Virus record (IMG/VR): IMGVR_UViG_3300019890_000002
Coordinates: 1-31,772 of that record
Length of the DNA: 31,772 bases
DNA from: a virus
Strand: one strand, 5' to 3'
In this document: positions 1 to 6,694 of the stretch, piece by piece
Position numbering within the stretch: position 1 is the stretch's first letter
How the letters are laid out: each line of letters starts with the position of its first letter
Position numbers and translations under genes: made by a program
The notes under the pieces: model-generated
Database searches by the model: none
What the model saw: the letters and a program-made list of their open reading frames with translations, nothing else
Told to the model about the DNA's origin: nothing

Positions 1-100
1 ACTGAAGCAGTGCATGATTCACAGTACCGGGCTACGTCACGCAGCGTGACGGCAAAAGTTGATCATGAAACCCAGGAATTTTCAGGAGGGGGAAATTCAC
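1..100. repeat. Terminal direct repeat, left copy (assembly overlap or terminal redundancy)
   Basis: actgaagcagtgcatgattcacag...ggaaattcac is base-for-base identical to 31673-31772. Confidence 0.97.
35..51. promoter_or_regulatory. 17-bp palindrome CGTCACGC-A-GCGTGACG upstream of the RHH cassette (second copy at 31707-31723 because of the terminal repeat)
   Basis: Read directly from the sequence. Lies 30-50 nt upstream of the first gene of the cassette once the circle is closed. Confidence 0.35.
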
Positions 101-147
101 CCCGGCTGGCTCTGGCCGGGAGGTGCGGTCGCTGGACATTACAGGCC

Positions 148-227
148 CCTGACCTGCAGGTACTCCGGATTAGATCGTTAGCGCCGCTAACGATCGACCG
201 TCCACCATCCTGACCTGCAGGAACTCC
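148..227. promoter_or_regulatory. Composite element: 19-nt direct repeats CCTGACCTGCAGG(T/A)ACTCC (148-166, 209-227) flanking a perfect 23-bp palindrome GATCGTTAGCG-C-CGCTAACGATC (173-195)
   Basis: Read directly from the sequence. Lies in the largest non-coding region. Confidence 0.6.
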
Positions 228-285
228 ACCACCCCGGCCCTCGTCCCGGCTGCGGCCACCACCCCAAGATGTCACGGATGGTGAC

Positions 286-400
286 ATTCTAAATCCTGCC
301 TAAATTAACCTACCTAAATAAAGACATCCCTAAATAAGTAACAACATATCTATATCAATTAGCATATCTATAATTGATTGCCAATTGTATTGACATCTCT
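286..400. repeat. AT-rich island with 4x CTAAAT (289, 300, 314, 330), 2x CATATCTATA (345, 363) and short AATTG/CAATTG palindromes
   Basis: Read directly from the sequence. Sharp GC drop relative to the flanks. Confidence 0.7.
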
Positions 401-401
401 A

Positions 402-659
402 TTACCACGATGTCTTCGGTTGGTGAACTGGATCCTTGCCAACCGGGTCACCGATCTTCAGGTTGCAGTGCATACACGATGCGACCAGATACTTCGGGTC
501 GTCACCTGCTGCCTTGCCGTACAGGTGGTGCACACACGTGGCCATGGTGGTGCATCCATCCAGTCTGAGCTGGCACCGGTGCCGGTCACGGTCGAGCACG
601 GCCTGGCGTGTCTTACGCCATGCCCGGGTTGACCCGTTCTTCCATCCTTCGCTAGGCAT
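402..659 (-). CDS. Small HNH endonuclease (85 aa)
   Basis: Motifs DRDRHRCQL..C....VHHL........ASCMHCN (Cys4 plus the H-N-H core). Last gene of the early operon, with an 8-nt overlap on the upstream gene. Confidence 0.85.
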   Translation of the reverse strand: MPSEGWKNGSTRAWRKTRQAVLDRDRHRCQLRLDGCTTMATCVHHLYGKAAGDDPKYLVASCMHCNLKIGDPVGKDPVHQPKTSW

Positions 660-828
660 CCGCTGTCTGTTCCCGCAGCCACCGGGCCAACGCGCTGTGC
701 TCTGCCGTGAGCCGGGTCACCGGATCGACGGCCACGCGCTGGTACTTCTCCGGTATGGCGTTCCGCATGGCGTCCCGGATGTAGCACACACAGCCGAACA
801 CCCGGGTGTCAGCGCAGTCGCAGGCCAT
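652..828 (-). CDS. Hypothetical protein (58 aa, MACDCADTRVFGCVCYIRD...)
   Basis: The protein-like part of the 122-aa track ORF starts at ATG 828, which forms an ATGA start/stop overlap with the upstream gene. GC3-rich. Confidence 0.6.
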   Translation of the reverse strand: MACDCADTRVFGCVCYIRDAMRNAIPEKYQRVAVDPVTRLTAEHSALARWLREQTADA

Positions 829-1046
829 CAGAAGCACCCCACGATGCGCAGCAGTGACAGGACTTTGAAGTACCGGCCATCGCCGCTGTCCAGGTCCATC
901 TTGCCGAGGATGATCTTGGCGCGGAGCACGGCTAGTTCCTCGGCGAGCACGGGCCTGCAGGTCTTGCAGATCCATGCGTAGTCGTCTTCGGTCCGCGGTT
1001 CCGGGTTGCAGACCATGCACTTGAGGTCGTTCTCATCGGCGGTCAT
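828..1046 (-). CDS. Small zinc-ribbon protein (72 aa)
   Basis: CMVC...16 aa...CKTC pair. ATG at 1046 is preceded by AGGAGGG 6 nt upstream. ATGA overlaps at both ends. Confidence 0.65.
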   Translation of the reverse strand: MTADENDLKCMVCNPEPRTEDDYAWICKTCRPVLAEELAVLRAKIILGKMDLDSGDGRYFKVLSLLRIVGCF

Positions 1047-1423
1047 GACGCCGCCCTCCTGGCTACAACGAGGCGCCGCATGTTCTCTTTGTGGGTGCAC
1101 GGTTCAAGGTGAGCCGGGCGCCAGCAGGCCGGATTGCTGCAGCCCTTATCCCTGACGTGATCGACTTCCTCACCCGGGTTCAGCGGGCCATTGAACACCT
1201 CGTGGGCGGCGCGGTGCACGTACGCCTTGCCGGTGCGCTTGCCGTTCACCATCGGCTTGTGAATCTGGCGGTAGCCGGCCTGGGTTACCGATCCGGACTC
1301 GTAGATGTAGCAGCCGGACTCGTAGTCGAAGGTGGTGTGCCGCATGAGCGCCACGATGAACGCTCCGGGCGAGTCCCACATCGAGGTGCGCGGGCCGTAG
1401 CCGGTGCGTGAATAGGGCATCAT
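1043..1423 (-). CDS. HNH endonuclease, second copy (126 aa)
   Basis: KAYVHRAAHEVFNGP...EVDHVRDKGCSNPACWRPAHLEPCTHKEN is an HNH_3-like core. Start is ATGATG at 1423 with AGGAG upstream. The upstream part of the 180-aa track ORF looks non-coding. Confidence 0.8.
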   Translation of the reverse strand: MMPYSRTGYGPRTSMWDSPGAFIVALMRHTTFDYESGCYIYESGSVTQAGYRQIHKPMVNGKRTGKAYVHRAAHEVFNGPLNPGEEVDHVRDKGCSNPACWRPAHLEPCTHKENMRRLVVARRAAS

Positions 1424-1512
1424 CAGATCGCTCCTGCCTGGTTGAGGTAGAGGAAGACGAAGACCACCAGCAGGGTGGCCAGCAGCACCCAGATCACAGC
1501 CGTGATGTTCAT
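1423..1512 (-). CDS. Candidate 29-aa single-pass membrane micro-protein (MNITAVIWVLLATLLVVFVFLYLNQAGAI)
   Basis: Not in the ORF track (too short). It exactly fills the gap between two genes, with an ATGA overlap at 1509-1512 and a TGATG overlap at 1421-1425. Strongly hydrophobic core. Confidence 0.45.
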   Translation of the reverse strand: MNITAVIWVLLATLLVVFVFLYLNQAGAI

Positions 1513-1742
1513 GCCACGCCTTCCCAGACGTTGTAGCCGTCCGCATCCTGATCGGCCAGGCGCTGGATCTGGACCGCGCGCTCATACGACCGGCTGTAGG
1601 CGTCGCACGCGTCGGCGGCTTGCTTCAGGCCGATCAGGCTGTCCTGCAGCGCGAGGGCCAGCCGGGCTTCGCGCCGCAGCGACTCAACTTCGTCCCAGGC
1701 ATCCAGTGCTGCGGTGATCAGCGGAGGAACCAGGCGCGTCAT
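1509..1742 (-). CDS. Hypothetical protein (77 aa)
   Basis: GC3-rich ORF translationally coupled (ATGA) at both ends. Confidence 0.65.
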   Translation of the reverse strand: MTRLVPPLITAALDAWDEVESLRREARLALALQDSLIGLKQAADACDAYSRSYERAVQIQRLADQDADGYNVWEGVA

Positions 1743-1984
1743 GACGCTGCCTCCAGATTCCGCGCGGCCACCTCGGTGAAGATTTTCTTGATCTCCTTCG
1801 CCTGATCCTTGTCGTCGTGGTGGGCGATCATTTTCACGGCGCCTTCGGCAGTCGGGTGATACTTCGGCTTCAGCCGCAGGCCGGCCAGCCTGATCCGGTG
1901 GCAGTAGGCCATGTACTCGCGGATCGCCGGTTCCCAGTTCCCTGGCTTGGCCGGCATCTTCTGGTACACGGTGGACGGACTCAT
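1739..1984 (-). CDS. Hypothetical protein (81 aa)
   Basis: GC3-rich ORF with ATGA overlaps at both ends. Confidence 0.65.
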   Translation of the reverse strand: MSPSTVYQKMPAKPGNWEPAIREYMAYCHRIRLAGLRLKPKYHPTAEGAVKMIAHHDDKDQAKEIKKIFTEVAARNLEAAS

Positions 1985-2142
1985 GCCTCGCTCCTGATCT
2001 TGATGAGGCAGTCGTACTTGCGGAGGTCGGCGTGAACCCAGATCGCGCCGACGAGGGCGATGAGCTGATGTACGCGGATGGGTGATCCGCAGTAGCCGCA
2101 GCAGGTTTCCGAGCGGGCCTTGCGAACCCGGGTTTTAGTCAC
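1981..2142 (-). CDS. Candidate 53-aa Cys-rich protein (VTKTRVRKARSETCCGYCGSPIRVH...)
   Basis: Not in the ORF track. GTG at 2142 overlaps the stop of the rep gene (GTGA) and its own stop overlaps the next ATG (ATGA), so it fills the gap exactly. Confidence 0.45.
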   Translation of the reverse strand: MTKTRVRKARSETCCGYCGSPIRVHQLIALVGAIWVHADLRKYDCLIKIRSEA

Positions 2143-3323
2143 GGCCGGGGCCTCGTTTTGGTCTCGCCAGGGGTCTCAGTCTCACGACCTACCGTCCCTA
2201 TAGGTCGTGAGACTGAGACCACGCCTGGCCCGTGATCATGAGACTGAGTGAGACTCGGTGAGACTTCATGAGACTGAAGCATCTGCTGGCCGAGAGCTAC
2301 CAGGCAGTAACGAGGACTGTTGACGGTCCCGATGTTGCAGATCTTTCCGGCTTCTACCAGGTGTTTCTTGGCCCGATAGAAGGTCGCCTTGGTCAGTCCG
2401 GAGACCTCCATGAGACGGGTTACCGAGGCACCTTCGCCAGTCTCAAGGCAGTCTCGCATCGCCGTCAGGAGAGTCGTTTCAGAGTCGTTGAAAGTGCCCA
2501 TTTGGCCGAAATCGGGTGAGACTCGGTGAGACTCCACAATTACGGCGCTCTGACCTGCAGGAACGAGACGGAAGTAGCACTGAGGCTGCTCAGGGGCATC
2601 CTTTTGCTTAGTGTTGGACAAAGTCACCTGGTCGCCGTCTTTCTCGGCCCGGATGAGAGTGGACGCGGCGCCCTCGATGGCCGTCGAACCCCGGGGATTG
2701 TCCGCGTTCCGGGGCTCGTGGTGGACGAGCATCACGCACGCTCCGGTGACCGCGCGGATCGAGTCGGCCGCGTCCACCAAGAGACTCATGTCCTTGCTGG
2801 AGTTCTCGTCCAGTCCGCTGGCAGCCCGCGCCTGAGTGTCAATCACCACGAGCTTGGCGCCCATGTCCACCGCGATCTGGCCGAGCGGTGCGGCGTCCGG
2901 GATGATCCTGATCCCGGCGGGCAGGAACGTGACCTTCATGTCCATTCCCATGGACGACTCCCATGCCCTCACCCGCTGCTTCAGGCCCGGGACGCCTTCG
3001 AGGTACACGTACAGCACCGCGGACTCTGCGACGAGACGGCCGTGCCACGGGATACCGCACGCTACGCACCCGGCCATATCGAGTGCTACGAACGACTTCC
3101 CGCTGGCCCGCTTGCCGTGCAGCCAGACCAGGCCGTCCTGGTACAGCCAGTCGTTGATCAGCGGGAGCGGCTCCGGTAGTGAGTCGAGCGCCGCACTGGT
3201 GAGCAGGGCAGCCCGCAGCTGGTCGAGCCGGCTGAGATGCGGCGACACGATGGCCGGAGCGGAGTACTGATCACCTTCCTGGACGAGGGCCTCGAAGGCT
3301 TCGTCGTCGTCGTCCCGGCTCAT
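2139..3323 (-). CDS. Replication protein: RepA/AAA_25-type (RecA-fold) ATPase with C-terminal winged-HTH
   Basis: Walker A HGKRASGKS, Walker B KLVVIDT, then LVHHEPRN...RGSTAIEGAAS. C-terminal HTH-like VTRLMEVSGLTKATFYRAKKHLVEAG. The iteron array lies inside its 3' part. Confidence 0.8.
   Translation of the reverse strand: MSRDDDDEAFEALVQEGDQYSAPAIVSPHLSRLDQLRAALLTSAALDSLPEPLPLINDWLYQDGLVWLHGKRASGKSFVALDMAGCVACGIPWHGRLVAESAVLYVYLEGVPGLKQRVRAWESSMGMDMKVTFLPAGIRIIPDAAPLGQIAVDMGAKLVVIDTQARAASGLDENSSKDMSLLVDAADSIRAVTGACVMLVHHEPRNADNPRGSTAIEGAASTLIRAEKDGDQVTLSNTKQKDAPEQPQCYFRLVPAGQSAVIVESHRVSPDFGQMGTFNDSETTLLTAMRDCLETGEGASVTRLMEVSGLTKATFYRAKKHLVEAGKICNIGTVNSPRYCLVALGQQMLQSHEVSPSLTQSHDHGPGVVSVSRPIGTVGRETETPGETKTRPRP
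2172..2220. repeat. Perfect 20-bp inverted repeat GGTCTCAGTCTCACGACCTA-N9-TAGGTCGTGAGACTGAGACC
   Basis: Read directly from the sequence. Lies inside the 3' end of the rep ORF. Confidence 0.9.
2239..2275 (+). repeat. Four TGAGACT iterons at exact 10-bp spacing (2239, 2249, 2259, 2269); further copies at 2208, 2517 and 2527 (+) and at 2178 and 2439 (-)
   Basis: caTGAGACTgagTGAGACTcggTGAGACTtcaTGAGACTgaa. The 18-mer GTGAGACTCGGTGAGACT is repeated exactly at 2248-2265 and 2516-2533. Confidence 0.85.
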
Positions 3324-3640
3324 GCGGCATCACCCGGGTCACCGAGAACGAGGTCACCGACCACCGCGCTCTCCATCGGGCTCCGGCCGCGACGCTTGGC
3401 CCTGGCGTCCCTGGCGAAGTCCATGTCGTTCCTGATCTGGCACATGGCCTTGGCCATCCGGACGTCGGGCGGCTGCTGCAGCTGGCGCTGGCGGGCGGTC
3501 CAGGTGCGCCACCACGCGATCTGCTGGTGCTTCTCTTCGATCTCCGCTATGGCGACTGCCGCTTCGGCGCGACCGTCTCGCAGGCCGGCCTGGTAGGCGC
3601 ATTCGAGGCAGTGATGCAGGGCCAGCTCCTGGGCGCTCAT
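3320..3640 (-). CDS. Hypothetical protein (106 aa)
   Basis: Coupled ORF (ATGA at 3320-3323 and 3637-3640). Confidence 0.65.
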   Translation of the reverse strand: MSAQELALHHCLECAYQAGLRDGRAEAAVAIAEIEEKHQQIAWWRTWTARQRQLQQPPDVRMAKAMCQIRNDMDFARDARAKRRGRSPMESAVVGDLVLGDPGDAA

Positions 3641-4008
3641 ATCTCACGGCCCCGGCTGAAGTCGCGGTTCCAGCAGATATCGCCGTAGGAGCCGCCACCG
3701 GAGATGCGTGCAATACCGGCCCGTTCAAAGATCCGCCGCTCGGCGTAGTAGAGGGTGTACTTGCCCCCCCGCTTCGTGTCGGACAGCCGGAACCAGATCC
3801 GTTTCGGTGTCCACTTCACGACCGGGACTTCCCGGATAACCCCCGTGTAGCGGTATCCGCTCTTCCAAGCCCAGGCGGCTTCCCGGTAGTAAACGACGCT
3901 GCCGTTCAGCGCGATCCACAGCGGGATGTCGGGGTTCTTCTTGCCCCAGACCATGTCGGCCTGGCGTTCCTTGTCCTCCCCGAACCAGCTCCCGCTCCAG
4001 GCCGTCAT
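3637..4008 (-). CDS. Hypothetical protein (123 aa, Trp/Tyr-rich)
   Basis: Coupled ORF. No motif recognised. Confidence 0.65.
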   Translation of the reverse strand: MTAWSGSWFGEDKERQADMVWGKKNPDIPLWIALNGSVVYYREAAWAWKSGYRYTGVIREVPVVKWTPKRIWFRLSDTKRGGKYTLYYAERRIFERAGIARISGGGSYGDICWNRDFSRGREI

Positions 4009-4367
4009 GGCGTCGCCTCCCCGACCGGGTCCGTCTGCGAGATGTCGAACAGGCAGATGACCCGCATCCTGGTGATGACGGTGCCGTCCGGGTTCTTCTC
4101 AGTGGCGCGATCCGGGTCGGTCCTGGTGTGGGGCGCCACCATCCGGATGGCCTTCTCGCCCGAGCGGACTTTCCGGCCAGCCTGCAGCCATCCGTTATAG
4201 GCGTGCAGTGACGTGGCGGTGGCCCGCTGGAGCCAGAGCAGCTTCAGGTTCCGCTCGGAATACCGGCCCGTCCAGCGGATAAGGAACGCGGCCACGTCAG
4301 GCTGGGCCGAGTCAACGGCATCCGCCTGCTCGATCAGCGACTGGGCCGTGATCTTCTGGCCGGTCAT
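4005..4367 (-). CDS. ArdC-N-terminal-like (DUF1738-type) ssDNA-binding protein
   Basis: YSERNLKLLWLQRATATSLHAYNGWLQAGRKVRSGEKAIRMV resembles the ArdC N-domain signature (YS..N..LL..Q....T...W...G..V.KGEK). Confidence 0.5.
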   Translation of the reverse strand: MTGQKITAQSLIEQADAVDSAQPDVAAFLIRWTGRYSERNLKLLWLQRATATSLHAYNGWLQAGRKVRSGEKAIRMVAPHTRTDPDRATEKNPDGTVITRMRVICLFDISQTDPVGEATP

Positions 4368-4579
4368 GCCGCATCACGGACCGGGCGCAGCAGCAGGCCG
4401 AGGCGCTCATATGCTTCGTCGGTCAGCGATGGCGCGTTCTGGACAGCTCGCTTGATGGCTGCGGCGACTGTCGCCTCGGCCAGTTCGAGCCTGGCCCGCT
4501 CAACCAGTTCGATGTTCTCCGGGTGCCGGCGTACGGCCTGCCCTAGGCGTCCGCGCGCCTGGGCGGTACTGAGTGCCAC
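4364..4579 (-). CDS. Hypothetical protein (71 aa), first gene of the early operon
   Basis: GTG start at 4579 and ATGA overlap with the next gene. Preceded by a 219-bp lower-GC non-coding region. Confidence 0.6.
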   Translation of the reverse strand: MALSTAQARGRLGQAVRRHPENIELVERARLELAEATVAAAIKRAVQNAPSLTDEAYERLGLLLRPVRDAA

Positions 4580-4798
4580 TGGGTTCCCATCAGGGATACG
4601 GGCGCACTCTGCGATGCAGGTGATGGGTGCTTAAGTGCCCGTCTCGTTCATGGCTACTGCCAACGGGGGTTCCGCGAGCCCGTCAGGCCCGGTGTAACTA
4701 TTAGCAAGGCTAAGGGTTCTGTGCAGCCAAAGTCAAGCTAAAAGACCAGCTCAGAGGCAGTATCTCGAACGTACCTTCAGAGGCACACTGGGTATCTC

Positions 4799-6268
4799 TC
4801 AGGCGTTCTCGGGCCACGGGATGACGCGCTCAGTCACGGGCGCTCCGCGGCCTGGCTGCAGGGTCGCGGCCGGCATGATCACCCGCAGCGCGGCCTTCCG
4901 CGCGGCCAGCGTCAGTGAGTTCCAGCGCGCGGCCACGACAGCCTGGGTCTCATCCGGCAGCCCGGACAGCGCACCCGGGAGTGCCGCATCCTTTGCCTTC
5001 GCCTCGGCAGCCTCGGCCTTCGGCTTCAGCGTGGCCGTGACCACTTCCAGCTGCGCCATGTCGATCCGCCCTGCGGCGAAGGATGCCGCCGCCTCGGCCA
5101 TCTGGGTCCGGTAGCCGGCCGCCTCGGTGCTCCAGCGGGCCGCTGCGCTGTCGTCTGCTGAGGTGACCAGCTCCGCCGCGCGGGTGGTGATGAACTCCAC
5201 CGCCAGGCCGTCCAGGTAGGCGTCCGCTTCGGCGCACGGGACCGAGTTGCCGCTGTTGGCCCACCGGCTGCCGCCGTGGTTGGCCGGGCAGTAGTAGTCG
5301 GTCCGGCCGCTGGGCAGCAGGCGTCCCCGGATGATGTCGCCGCAGCTGCCGCAGCGCATGGCGCCTGAGTAGCGGTAGGTCATCCGGGCGGGCCGCTCAC
5401 CTTTGCGTGCCGGGTCGGCCAGCCGGGCGCGGGCCTTCATGCTCTCGCCCTCGGTCACGACACCGAACTGCGCATAGACCGGGTTGCCCGCGATCCTCTG
5501 CACGCTGGCCGGCCACCACTGGCCGCCCTTCGGCGCGGTGATGCCATCAGCGTTCAGCGCTGCGGCGATCGCAGACCAGCCGTCTCCGTCCCCTGCGGCC
5601 AGGATGATGCGGCGGACGGTTGGCGCGTGATCGGGGTGCGGCTCGTCGGCCATCCAGTTCCGCTTGGGCTTGGACGGGTCCCAGCTGCGGACCAGACCCC
5701 ATGCGACGCTGCCCTGTGGCCGGCCAGCCACGCGGCCATCCTCTTTGCCGCTCTTGACGCGCACGCTGATCATCTCCGACTCCATCGCGCTGGCGATGCC
5801 GGCCTCGGCCAGCGCCTTCCAGTCGCGCGCCTTGGTGACGTCGTAGGTGTAGTCCTCGTTGGTGACGTAGATCAGGACCCCGAACCGGCGGCAGGTGTCC
5901 AGTAGCGTGGCCCAGCCGGCCAGCTGGCGGTCACCACGGGAAGACTCCCAGAGCACCAGCACGTCGATCTGCCCATCGGCTATATCGGCCCGCAGCCGCT
6001 GCCAGTCCGCGCGACTGGCGCCGCCTTTGCTGCCGGCGAAGCGCGATGCGCTCAGGCTGTCCGCGTACTCGGTGAGTGCCCAGCCGTGCCGACTGGCAGC
6101 CTCGCGATTGGCCGTGTTCTGGCGCTCGATGCTCTGGTCTCCAGAGGAAACCCGCTGGTAAGCGGCGGCTCTGGCCTGGTCTGTGCTGGTGATCGTGGTC
6201 ATGTCCCCGATCGTATCCCTAACCACACACAGTTCTGACTGCATGTTGTTAGGGATACGTGGTCTCAC
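4799..6268 (-). CDS. int: Large serine recombinase (integrase)
   Basis: N-terminal resolvase motif AAYQRVSSGDQSIERQ, recombinase domain, zinc ribbon CGSCGD...YYCPANHGG, and an Ala-rich coiled-coil C-terminus. Start is ambiguous: GTG 6268 (GGAGG about 11 nt upstream), ATG 6244 or ATG 6202. Confidence 0.9.
   Translation of the reverse strand: MRPRIPNNMQSELCVVRDTIGDMTTITSTDQARAAAYQRVSSGDQSIERQNTANREAASRHGWALTEYADSLSASRFAGSKGGASRADWQRLRADIADGQIDVLVLWESSRGDRQLAGWATLLDTCRRFGVLIYVTNEDYTYDVTKARDWKALAEAGIASAMESEMISVRVKSGKEDGRVAGRPQGSVAWGLVRSWDPSKPKRNWMADEPHPDHAPTVRRIILAAGDGDGWSAIAAALNADGITAPKGGQWWPASVQRIAGNPVYAQFGVVTEGESMKARARLADPARKGERPARMTYRYSGAMRCGSCGDIIRGRLLPSGRTDYYCPANHGGSRWANSGNSVPCAEADAYLDGLAVEFITTRAAELVTSADDSAAARWSTEAAGYRTQMAEAAASFAAGRIDMAQLEVVTATLKPKAEAAEAKAKDAALPGALSGLPDETQAVVAARWNSLTLAARKAALRVIMPAATLQPGRGAPVTERVIPWPENA
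6213..6259. promoter_or_regulatory. 47-bp element with perfect 11-bp inverted arms (GTATCCCTAAC-N25-GTTAGGGATAC): candidate attP core or int operator
   Basis: Read directly from the sequence. It lies at or just upstream of the 5' end of the serine integrase gene. Confidence 0.35.
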
Positions 6269-6302
6269 CTGGGCAGATACCTCCGAATGTGATTTGTATC
6301 AC

Positions 6303-6596
6303 TCAGACAACTAAACCGTTTGCAGCAAACGCTTTAGCCCTGGCGATCTCCGTCTTCTCCTGTTCAGTGAGCCGCTTCCCGGTTTGCCCAGCCTGGCCAG
6401 GCACACGTGAGGTAGCCGGCGGAGCCTCGTCATCTTTATACCCGGGTATATTGATGTCCTTACTTACGGTCTTCTGGCTCACCCCCAGCATCCCGGCGAT
6501 CTTCACCTGGGACCAGTTCTGCTCGTGGTAGAGGTACTTGTGGCGATCTACGATCAGCGGCGAAGGTACTACGCACAGTACAAACCCATGACTCAA
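6303..6596 (-). CDS. Small helix-turn-helix protein (97 aa)
   Basis: HTH segment WSQVKIAGMLGVSQKTVSKDI. Visibly lower GC3 than its neighbours. TTG start at 6596 is uncertain. Confidence 0.6.
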   Translation of the reverse strand: MSHGFVLCVVPSPLIVDRHKYLYHEQNWSQVKIAGMLGVSQKTVSKDINIPGYKDDEAPPATSRVPGQAGQTGKRLTEQEKTEIARAKAFAANGLVV

Positions 6597-6694
6597 GCAA
6601 TAGGTTTAGCTCTGCCGATCTTCAGGACAAGGCGAAGCATCTCTACGAGATCAGCCGGGCGCCTGAGGTGACGTGGCCGCTGCTGATCGAGCAG

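Noticed and set aside
35-51. The 17-bp palindrome as a statistically significant element on its own.
   Set aside because: About one 8-pair palindrome is expected by chance in 32 kb. It is kept only as a position-based operator candidate in the RHH cassette finding.
173-195. The 23-bp palindrome as a rho-independent terminator for the early operon.
   Set aside because: The loop would be only 1-3 nt and no U-tract follows on either strand. A protein-binding palindrome fits better.
10-287. ORFs 10-213 (+) and 63-287 (-) in the main non-coding region.
   Set aside because: They have low-complexity Arg/Gly/Pro/Ser translations, no RBS and no coupling to neighbours. The region is packed with palindromes and repeats and is better explained as regulatory DNA.
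390-395. A perfect TTGACA -35-like hexamer on the plus strand.
   Set aside because: There is no acceptable -10 at 16-19 nt spacing and no plus-strand gene downstream. It would only drive transcription antisense to the HNH gene.
4580-4798. A possible tRNA or small RNA in the 219-bp lower-GC gap downstream of int (GGTTCC and GGGTGCTTAAGTGCCC segments). Direct repeats TCAGAGGCA (4751, 4777) and GTATCTC (4760, 4792) were also noted.
   Set aside because: I could not fold a cloverleaf: no T-loop consensus with a matching acceptor stem and no CCA context. The short direct repeats may belong to the early promoter or operator but are too short to call with confidence.
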